A DNA stretch of 64,000 nucleotides from Pristiophorus japonicus (Eukaryota), in the NCBI RefSeq assembly GCF_044704955.1, contig NC_091980.1:128526001-128590000 (forward strand), in the 5' to 3' direction. Position 1 is the first letter of the stretch. Every line of letters begins with the position of its first letter. A model generated the notes under the pieces. The model made no database searches, had not been told where the DNA came from, and saw nothing but the letters and a program-made list of their open reading frames with translations. Below are positions 46,023-58,458 of the stretch, piece by piece. Position numbers and translations under genes: made by a program.

Positions 46023-47265
46023 GGGCTCAATTTTGCCCAACCCGTTTTTTGGCGCACTTACCTTAAATGCGGCGACTTTGCACGCTGGAAACGGTGCCGG
46101 AAAAAATTCGCCCCATCCTGGCCGCTCTTCCGAGTCCCCGGAGTCCCAGCGTGGCGTGCATTGTACAATGGGGGGTGGACCAACAGGCCAGCGCAGAAAG
46201 CATTGCCGGCAGCTGCGCGCATGCGCAGTGAAGTCTGCACGCATGCTCCTGCCATCCCAGCCTGTCCTGCGGGCTGTGAGCTGGACCTGATGTTCGCAGC
46301 CCCTATCCCCGGCCAAAGGGACGGCCTGATCTCGTCGGACCCTATCCCCGGCCGAGTGGCCTCCCACACCGGCCGGCCGGCCCGCTTTGTTCGCGGGCGA
46401 GGTAGGACTTGGTTTTATTTTTTATTTATTGATAGTTGTGCTTGAGAGTTTTCATTGGTGGGAGGGGGAAGAGAAGGAGAGTTTTTTTGGCGGGGGGGGA
46501 AAAAGAACGTTTGGGGGCGGGGGGAGAAAGCGTGTTTTGATGCGGGGCTGTGGGGGAGAAAGAGTGTTTTGATGGGGGGGGCGGAGAGAAAGAGGATTTT
46601 GAAGTGGGAGGTGGGGGGAGAAAGAGTGTTTTGATCGGGGAGGGAGAGAAAGAGTGTTTTGATAGGGGCGCAGAAAGGGAGAAAGAGTGTTTTGATCGGG
46701 GAGGGAGAGAAAGAGTGTTGTGATCGGGGAGGGGAGAGAAAGAGTGTTTTGATCGGGGCGCAGAAAGGGAGAAAGAGTGTTTTGATGGGGGGGTGGGCGG
46801 GGGTGGAGAAAGAGTGTTTCGATGGCCGGGGGGAGAAGAAAGAGTGTTGTGATGGCGGCGGGGTGAACTTTAAAAAAAAAACTTGATTCTGTCATAAAGG
46901 CATAAAAATTTGTTGTTGATTGATTGCTTATTACTTTTTGTGATTTGTTTAGTGCTTTGTAAGTCTTGGTGCTTTAAATGTACTAACCTGCACCGATTTC
47001 TTAACTGCCCGCAATGTTTTTCAGAGCTGGCCACATATGCTGACCTAAGTCGATTTGGAGTAAGTTTTTGCTGGCCAAAGTGGAATAAATGGTGTAAGTG
47101 TCTGGGAACGCCACCTTTTGAAAAAAAAACTGAACTCAAAAAAATCGCACCAAACTGACTTACTCTGGAGCAAATTTTGGGGGGAAAATGGCATGTTTTA
47201 ACTTACGCCAGAAAAAACAACTTACTCCAAAAAAATTGATGCAAATCATTGTCAAAATTGGGCCC
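46023..47265. mobile_element. PIF/Harbinger-like non-autonomous element (same family as 22549-23425) with internal minisatellite
   Basis: Ends GGGCTCAATTTTGCCCA / GTCAAAATTGGGCCC; shared subterminal sequence (TTTTTGGCGCACT; TTTCAGAGCTGGCCACATA); degenerate 3-bp TSD ATG/ACA. Confidence 0.8.
46555..46860 (+). repeat. Purine-rich minisatellite with core GAGAAAGAGTGTTTTGAT
   Basis: About 9 imperfect ~30-42 bp units. Confidence 0.85.
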
Positions 47266-47801
47266 ACAACCACTATGTTTTGATGTTACAACAAACCCAC
47301 AGATACCTGCACATGACCAACCCAATGAACGATGGGGATCCTCATACACGCACTGAAGCATCCAGAACTATTAAAAAGACACTGACTCGCAAACAACAGA
47401 GGATTCAATTAACCTTTCAAGGTGGCCATTAACTGGTCCAGGCAGAGCACGGTCGATGGGGAGTTCGCTCCATCTGCCTGCCTCTCTTCACAGCTATGTC
47501 CATGCCCCGGCTGTCCCTGGAGGATTGTCTGCTGGTATGTTGGAGGCTTTCCGTGACAGGTGCGCACCAGAGGGACTGGAGTGCAGGGTGGATACAGGGA
47601 ACTAAATTATAATTTGAAAAGTTTTTATGTTACTTTTGTCACATTTTAACTTATTGTTCAATCCCCTTTATAAAGGGGACACTTATGGTTTAAGATTTTC
47701 CCAATTGATTTGCCTAAAGAGTAGGGGATTCATTTAAACCTGTGATTCTGGATATCTGAACTGTGTTTGAGGAAAGTTAGGACAATTTCGATCCTCATTG
47801 A

Positions 47802-47975
47802 GTTGTCAGCCAATGATGCTCATTCTTCAAAGATCTGACTGGCTCTGGGAGTCCATCTCCCCTATCCCTTTAGTTGATTGGTGCTCTGAGAGGCTGCAAC
47901 TTCTGATTGGGTATTGAGGGCTGCCACTCATGATCTCAACTGCCACACCCTGGATTATACCGAAGCATAAATACA
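47802..47975 (+). promoter_or_regulatory. Ferritin copy 4 promoter (three CCAAT boxes, CATAAA 47966-47971)
   Basis: Paralogous to the copy 1 promoter; TATA variant CATAAATA. Confidence 0.65.
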
Positions 47976-48000
47976 GGCTTTTAAGGTAAGTTACATCCCA

Positions 48001-48028
48001 GTTTGTTGTTTCAACAAAGTTTAGATTT
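48001..48028 (+). promoter_or_regulatory. Degenerate IRE-like element, copy 4 5' UTR
   Basis: TGT-TTCAA-CAAAGT-TTAGA (48007-48025); homologues at 22326-22344 and 35606-35624. Confidence 0.6.
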
Positions 48029-48044
48029 GTATTAAAGAATCAAG

Positions 48045-49927
<1,883 letters not shown>

Positions 49928-50061
49928 ACTGACTGACGGGATTTGTTTAGTTCTTGTATTCCTAAAATTTAGACTCCTGTCCTGTCGGCAATTAAGGCTT
50001 ATGACTTTGTACAAAGAGCTGTGTGACCTGTGTGCTTGATGTGAAATGTAACATAGCTGTC

Positions 50062-50067
50062 AATAAA
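50062..50067 (+). terminator. Polyadenylation signal, copy 4
   Basis: AATAAA at the paralogous position with a downstream T/G-rich element. Confidence 0.75.
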
Positions 50068-50899
50068 ATGTTCAACATTGGACTGGATTTTGTCATCTTG
50101 TATATTTGAGGTGGTTGCTTATTTTTCAATTAACATAATGTGGTTTACATCAAATAAGAATTACACTGAGTTGTGTAACAGGTTTTTTTTATAGATTAAG
50201 TCCGATGAAATTTATTTTTCCTCTGGTGTATATCCATGGATACTCATACATGTGTTCCTCGCTCTGAACTGAGGACTGTGCTAATGGTTAACTGTTCATC
50301 TATATAATAACCTAAATATATTGGGTCAATGTTCACCCCACTCCATGCTAATACCTAAAAACAGAAGTAGGAGCATGCCCAATTGCACCTTTTGCCTGTT
50401 CCACCATTCCATAAGATCATAGTTGACTGACAACTGCGTGAGCGCCTGAGTCAAGGTTAATCAAATTTTGCCTTGATTTGACGCCTTTCATACAGGACAG
50501 CCCAAAGGACGTCATAGCCATTGAAGTTCTTTTGCTGTTCAGGCAACTTTTTTTTTTGTAGTGGCCAATTTACACACAAATATCCCCATCAGTGTGTGCA
50601 ATGGGGCAATCTGGATTTGGATGAAAGTACACAGGTGGATTTGCAACACTGCTCCAACTATAGGAAACACTCTGCACTACTCACCCGTATGTATGTATGG
50701 AAGCTCAAATTATAATTCCCCTTCCAAATGTATTCATTCACAATACAAGGAGGAATAAGCAATGAAGGGCTACAGCAACTGAGGAATATGCCCACAGCCT
50801 GTCAGTGGAGTGTGAAAACTAAATTTAAGGGGCATCTCATTTGTAAATTTCCAAACCCTTACATCAATTTTTTTTTTAAGTCAAAATAATTCCTGTCCT

Positions 50900-53800
50900 A
50901 TTCAAAGATGCAGCCTGATTTTAACCTGCTGTCCACGGCAAGGGGGTCTATCTCTCCTCCATGGAGAAATACTATTAATTAAAGCTCATCCTAGATAAGA
51001 TCATTTTCCACTCTTCTCTGGCTACAGGTGTGATGACAAAGTACTGGAGGACTGCTAATGTACATCTGTTTAAAAGGAAAGAAATGGATTGACCGAGTAA
51101 TTACAGGCCAGTCAGCCTAATCTCTGTGGTATCTTCTCTACAACATCACAAACACATACTTGGAAGATGGCTTCAACACAGCAACTTGTCAGGTGACCTG
51201 CCACCTGTTGTTTTTATTGTATTTCCAGCAATGGCTGCATTACCACAGTAGTCCACTTGATGGAGCTCTATTACATTTCTCCCTCCTTTAATGAAGAAGT
51301 AATCATAACAAAATCATCATCATACATAACTTGCATAGTTATACATAACAAAAGATATTGACTTATTTTGCCATATTTACAAATCGAACTTCACTTGTTC
51401 TCGGTTTCGAAGAGGATACCTGTTTCTCGAACAGAACTTAGCAAACATGGTGTCGAACTTAGATTCATTCCAGGCTGAGCCGGAGGAAAGTTTTCCTCCA
51501 AGGAATGCCCTTGATCTACATTTGAATTCGACAACTTCAGACTGTTTGTCTGCCTGACTCAGATTCTGATTTTCTCTTGGGCTTGTTTCCAGTACATCTG
51601 ATGTAGGATTTGCTATTGGTATTCTACTTGTAACAAAACTATCCGATGAGTCGGAATTAATCAAATCATTCCAACTTTCAACTGCTTCCATATCTGTAGG
51701 TACAGTACGATCAAGGTGACAAAACCTAACCTTTCCATGATCAAAAATCTTTATCAAATATGTGCGAGGACCACATATCTTCACCACTCTTTCTGGTAAC
51801 CACTTTAACCATTTATGGTGATGGTTCTTCACTCTCACCTTCTGATTTAATTTCACACTTTTCTCTCCTACTCTACCTCTATCATGATGCTCTTTCTGTC
51901 TAAATTGTTTCTCTTCTACTGACTGTACCAAGTTTGGCTTTAACAACGAGAACCTGGTTCTTTGTTGTCATTTGAGAAACAACTTTGTTGGTGTTCTACC
52001 AGTAGTTGGATGAGGAGTATTTCAATAAGTAATTAGAAAATTAGCCAATTTGTGGTCCAACGACAGCTACTGTTTGTTTGGATTTGAATAAAACATTTGT
52101 TTGATGAGGGCACATTTTACAATTTGTAATGTGCGCTCTGCTGCACCATTTGAAGCACGGTGGTATGGTGGAACATTGATATATTTCACACCATTTCTGC
52201 TCGTGCACTATGCAAATTCTTCTAAACAAAATTGTGGTGCATTATCAGACACAATTTCTTCTGGGAGAAGAAAATTATATTTGCAAATTGTCTACTGTTT
52301 TATTGTTATTTTACACATTGGAAATACCTCGACCTGCTTCGAATGGCTTTCAATCACAATGAACAATTGCTCTCCTTCTAGCTCAGCAAAATCGATATGG
52401 AACCTTTGCCACACCCTGGGAGGCCATTTCCTTCGCTGTAATAGTACTGATGGTGGTTTCATGTTTACCGATTGACATGTTGTAAACTGACTAATGATGT
52501 ACTCTATATCTTTATCTAGATCTGGCCACCATAAATAACTGCGTGCAAAACTCTTGGTCAAGCACATTCCCAGGTGCTGATCATGAAGATCTCCTCATGA
52601 TCTGGACCTGAATTTATTTGGTATATTCGCTCTTGTGCCCCACATGATACAATCTTTATCCACTGATATTATATTCCTACAAACGAAGTATGGATGAATA
52701 CATGGTTTGGCCAGCCATTTGCGATGTAATCATACAACTTTGACATAACTGGGACACGTTTGGTTGCTCTACCAGTCTCTTCAGCTGTGAATTTCACTTC
52801 ATCAATGTATGAAATATAGAACACTTCTTCCCTATTGGCTGTAACTTCTGATGGGGAAGGCAATCTAGACATCGAATCAGCACTATTGTGATCAGCTGAT
52901 CGTCTGTATTCAATGTCATACATATCTGCTGACAGAATCATAGCCCATCTCTGCATTCGGGCTGCAGCTAAGGTTGGAATTGGGGACTTTGGATGGAGGA
53001 TCACTATCAGATGCTTATGGTCTGTAACAATGCTAAACTTACGAACATACAAGTATTTGTGGTGCTTCTTGACACCAGAAATTAATGCCAAAACTTCCCT
53101 TTCGATTTAGCGCATATTTACGCTCACTGGCACAAAGAATGCATGAAGCAAAAGCAATTGGTCTCTCCGCCCCACTGTGTAGTACATGAGAGATCACTGT
53201 CCAAACTCCATACTGAGAGGCATCATATGCTCATTTGATCTCCTTAGAAACGGCATAGTGAGCTAACAGCTCATTCAGTGGATGTAACACTGTAGCCAAA
53301 TTTGGTACGAACTTTCCATAATAGTTAAAAAGACCCAAAAATGATCGCAGTTCAGTGACATTCTTGGGTGTGGGTGCATTTCTAATTGCATCCAGCTTTC
53401 CCTTGGTTTCATATAAACCATCTTTGTCGACTCTGTGCCCTAAGTGCGCCACCGAGTTTTGAAATAACTCACACTTGTGCTCAGTCACTCGTACTCTGTG
53501 CTTCTCTAGCCATTTGAGCACTTCATTCAATACGTTATAGATTTGCCTGTTTGTTGCTGAAATGAGTATGTCATCTTAATAACATACTACCTCTTCAATG
53601 CCTTGCAAAATCTGGTTCATCACTCCTTGGAATGTGGTGGGGGCAGAAGACACTCCAAATGGTAGCCTATTAAATTCATCGAGGCCTAGATGAGTATTTA
53701 TAATCAACTATGACTTGGACTCCTCATCGAGTTCACGTTGTATGTAGGCATTTGTGAGATCTAACTTTGAGAAGATCTGATCATCTGTCAGCGTTGTGAA

Positions 53801-55970
53801 CAAATCTTCTACATTTGGCAATGAATTTGGGAGCTTACCTTCGAGAACCTGGTTTACCGTTACTTTATAATCACCACACAACCTCACCTTACCATCTGAC
53901 TTAGGTAGAACAACAATGGTGTAGCCCAATTACATAAATCGACCTTAGAGATAATGGTCTCAATTTCTTGTCTTTTGAGTTCTTGCTCAACTTTCTCCTT
54001 GAGTGCGTATGGGATGGGACATAGTTTGCAGTAAACTGGTCTCGCGTCCTTCTGTACCCTGACACTTGCCTTGAGATCATGGATCGGACTGCCTGTTTCA
54101 CAAAACACCTTCCTTGAATGCAAATCTCGTTTCAATAAGAAAATCTCATTCCAATCCAACTTCAGTGATCCCAACCAATTTCTACCAAGTAAGGCAGGTT
54201 TGTCTCTTGCCTCTACAAATAGAGGGAAGCTCTGAAATTGATCCTTATATTTCACCGGTATGTTGATACGTCCTACCGCAGGGATTTTCTCTCCTGATTA
54301 GCCTTTCAGCTCCATCTTTGACTGTGGAAAATCACTCAACTTGTCAAGATTTAGCGATTCCGGTACTACATCACGGATTCACCAGTGTCGATTTCCATGG
54401 GTATCCTGGTTCCTGTAATGTCTACTTGGATGAGGATACTTCCCGAATCGCTGTTAGATATCCTCGTGCCCCTGATGACATGTTTCTCTTCATCCTGTTG
54501 CTTTTCTTCAATTCTCTGTAGTCTCTGGGGATTTTTACTTATAGCCTTGAAAGTTGATGTACTCTTCAGTCAGCATGCCTTTGCAAGATGCACAGTTTTC
54601 TTGCAGAAGAAACACTCTGCCTTCACATACGGACAACTTTGATCAATGTGTTGTCCCATCGATAGCACGATTTCAATGCTCTGTTAACTTGGCCAGTTGC
54701 TGAGGCATTGGGGCCCAACTGCCTTTCACTTTTAACCTGTAAGTGTTTCACCCTCAGTTGTCCGACAACTGGAAATGGTACAAAATTCTCGTGAATATTG
54801 GCTGGCCATATCCATTGAAATAGCTGTCTGACAAGTTAGGGGTTGTCAACAACTTTCTTCTGATCACTTCATTTTTCATGCCACAAACAAAGTGGTAACG
54901 CAATGCTCGGTCCTGAAAGTTTCTGAAATGACAGTAAATGGATAGCTTTTTTAATGCTACAATGTACTCACTGATACTTTCGTCAATGAATTGATCTTGT
55001 TTCCCAAAACGGTAACTTTCAGCAATTTCCAGTGGCTCTGGACTGCAGTGCTAATCTCCGTAATTGATACGTCCTATGGCTTGACGGGAAGAAGCAACAT
55101 TTTCAGGGTTTCATACACCTCGGGGCTTGTTTCAGTCAGGAAAATATCCCATTTTCTTTCTAAAACAACCCGGTTATGGTTTTCATCCTCGCGGACTTCG
55201 ATGATACTATTTGCAGTAAAAAAACATTTCTAGCCGCTCCACATACATTCCAAAAGTCTCTTGGCCTTAATGAAATCCACCCAAGTGACCTATTATTCCT
55301 ATCGGCGCAGCCATCTGGACTCTTCATTTCATCCAAGTGTGCTTGTAATTTACCTTGTATGTTTAGCTGTTAACACAAAGGACCTCTCTAGTCTCTCTGC
55401 TGTTTGGCTGAAATCATCCACCAACAAAAATTTCAGCTGGGGTATCCAGGAATCTGATCCTTCATCCTTCATCTGATCCTTCATCGCCAATGTGGTATAT
55501 TCTCTACAACATCACAAACACACACTTACAAGATGGTTCAACACAGGAACTTGCTTTTATTGTAGTTCCAGCAATGGCTGCATTGCCACAGTAGTCCACT
55601 AGGTGGAACAGTAGTCCACCAGATGAAGCTCTTTGTTCCAACTTCAGTGGTGGGAATGTTTTTGGAAAAAATCCTGAAGGACAGAATAAATCTTCACTTG
55701 GAAAGACATGGATTAATCAAGGGTAGTCAGCATGGATTTTTTAAGGGAAGGTCGTGTCTGTAACTTGATTCAATTTTTCAAGGAGATAACCAGGAGGGTC
55801 GATGAGGGTAGTGCATATGATATGGTGCATATGGATTTTAGCAAAGTTTTTGATAAGGTCCCACGTGACAGATTGGTCATAAAAGTAAAAACCCATGTGA
55901 TCCAGGGCAAAGAGGCAAGTTGGATCCAAAATTGGTTCAGGAACAGGAAACAAAGGCTGATGGTTTACTA
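50900..55970 (+). mobile_element. CR1 fragment split by a Gypsy insertion (50900-51124 and 55641-55970)
   Basis: NYRPVSL on the left continues as TSVVG..SQHGF..DFSKVFDKVP on the right. Confidence 0.75.
51125..55640 (-). mobile_element. Ty3/Gypsy LTR retrotransposon, heavily decayed
   Basis: LTRs ~51125-51275 and ~55491-55640 (TGTGGTAT.TTCTCTACAACATCACAAACAC); PBS TTGGCGATGA (rc 55481-55490); PPT rc ~51276-51289; pol remnants VRLCGDYK, FSKLDL, VTDHK, HIDFAE. Confidence 0.9.
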
Positions 55971-57199
55971 ATCTTCAAAAAAACACAGACCATGAACTAA
56001 AAATTGATTGATCCAAGTATTTGAATGAATCTGGACAATTAAGGTCATTCTGTGGTCAAGGACATAAAACTAACTTCATGCATAACAACAATGGAGTTGT
56101 TACGTGATGCTTTGAACTTGATTGACCTTGGGTGGGGAAAACAGCCACTGGAGACATCGAGTCTGTAAAAAGACCGGACAACAAAGGACCCCATGGAATG
56201 CCAATTTTTGGATATCAGCATAAGGAAATATCTTTTGCATTGTCGACTCCGTGTGCAAATTAGTAGCCATTCAAACACATCACCACAAACAGTTAAACAG
56301 ATCACCATATCGATAATCAGATCTCGGCCCAGTGGGGAAACTTATTCAAAAATATGCGAGCAAAAAGCAGCTCACAAGAAGGAGGACAGACAACTGAAGA
56401 AGGACTGGCAACAGAAGACGGACAGGCAACACAAGAAGAAGCAGCAGAAAAGGAACAGAAACTGCAGAGAAAAGCTGGAAGAAGAAACAGCAGGCCACGG
56501 AATCAAGGACCACGAATCTTTGGTGATTGTATGTCTAGTTCTGTAGTTTTAGTTAGTTGGATGTGCACTTTAAAATGCCGGAACCTACAGGGCTATGGAC
56601 CAAGAGCTGGAAAATAGGATTAGGCTGAATAGCTCTTGGTCGGCCGGCGCGGACACAATGGGTCAAAATGGCCCCCTTCCGTGCTGTAAATTTCAATGAT
56701 TCTAAGAACGAATCCAAACTGCTTTTCTCCAGTGCTAACCACTACCTCTGACATCACTTGCACCCTCCATTAACTTGACACTCAGTGTGAGCTCATAGAC
56801 TGCTTTACCCCTACATAGTCATCTCAGCTGCTTCTGTCTCACGTTCTTCCGAATAGGCCAATGAGGCCAAAACAAGGAAAGAGAAAATATCCATGTTGAG
56901 TATAGACCCATCTTGTCTCTTACACTCGGTATATTTAACCTCCTAATGTCCCATGGTTCAGTGAGTATTAGCATTCTAGAATATGGTGTCACAATAGGTT
57001 AATGTCTTGCACTATTCTGTAACATTTGTCGAGTGCGATCAGCTCAGCTTAAATCTATTTAACAAAAGTCTTACCAACATGAATCAGGCACTTATTTTTA
57101 AAATTAACTTCACCACCACAAACTGCATTCCCTAGCCACCGACTCCATCCCTCTTCCAGGCCATTTGACCCTGAGCTGAGATTTCAGCCTCATATCCTC

Positions 57200-58458
57200 T
57201 CCATGATTGACATGGCCCTTGACCATGTGCGTTCCATTTCCCGCAGTTCTGCTCTCAGCCCTTTCCCTCACTCGCAGAACCACGATACAGTTCCTCTTGT
57301 CCTCACCTTCCACACCGCCAGCCTCCACGTTGAACGGTTCATCCTTCTTCATTTTTGCCACCTTCAGAGCGATCCTACTAGCAAACACCTCTTCCCTTTC
57401 CCTCATCTTTCAGCATTACGAAGGGACCTCTCCTTCCATGACACACTGGTCCACTCCTGAATCACCTACAGCACTCACTCCCTTTCCGACAGCACATTCC
57501 CGCAAAAGTGCTGGAGATGCAACACCTGCCCATTTACCTCCTCCTTTCCCATTGCTCAGAGCATCAAACACTCCTTCCAGATTAAACAGCAATTTACTTG
57601 TACTTCTTGCAATTTAGTATACTGTATTCACTGCTCACAATGTGGTCTCCTCTAAATTGGGGAGACCAAATCTTTTTTGGAAGTCATGTGTCAGTCATGC
57701 GGACGATGTGGCTCATCCAGCGGAGCTGATCGAGCGTGGTCAATGCTTCGATGCTGGGGTTGGAGGCCTGAGCGAGGACACTGATGTTGGTGTGCCTATC
57801 CTCCTAGTGGATTTGCAGGATCTAGCGGATTAAACGTTGGTGGTACTTCTCTAGTGTTTTAAGGTGTCTGCTGTACATAGTCCATATCTCTGAGACATAT
57901 CGGAGGGCAGGTATTACCACTGCCCTGTAGACCATGAGCTTGGTGCTGGGTTTGAGGTCCTGGTCTTCAAACACTCTCTTCCTCAGGCGACCGAAAGCTG
58001 CACTGAAGGCGGTGTTGGACCTCGTCGTCGATGTCTGCCCTTGTTGACAGGAGGCATTGGGGAGACCAAATGCAGATTGGGTGACCGCTTTGCAAAACAC
58101 TTCTGTTCATTCTGCAAACTTCCAGTCGCCTGGCACATTAATTCTCCGCTCCCCTCCCACTCTGACCTCTCTGTCATCGGCCTCTTACTCTGTTCCAACA
58201 AAGCTCAACATAAGCTCCTCAGCTTTCTATTCGGCATGTTATCGCCTTCTGGACTCAGCATCGAGTTCAACAATTTCAGACCAAAACCTCTGTCCCTATC
58301 TTTTTCAGATGGCAGCTGTTGATGATCCTGTTGCAACCATTTGCATCTCTTCTAGACCCATCTTTTGTTCCTTTACTTGTCCCATTACCATCGCCTTTTG
58401 CTTCGTACTTTCATACCTTTTGTCATTTAATCACTTCGGCCTTCCACCCTATCATAAA
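57200..58458 (+). mobile_element. Penelope-like fragment (paralogue of 17125-17955)
   Basis: IGETKCRLGDRF..GLSIEFNNFR; interrupted by an RTE piece and followed by a Gypsy LTR. Confidence 0.75.
57672..58055 (-). mobile_element. Short internal RTE fragment with 16-bp TSD
   Basis: TSD ATTGGGGAGACCAAAT at 57656-57671 and 58056-58071; encodes AAFGRLRKRVFEDQDL. Confidence 0.85.

Noticed and set aside
46452-46895. 147-aa repetitive ORF (QNTLSP repeats)
   Set aside because: Translation of the minisatellite.
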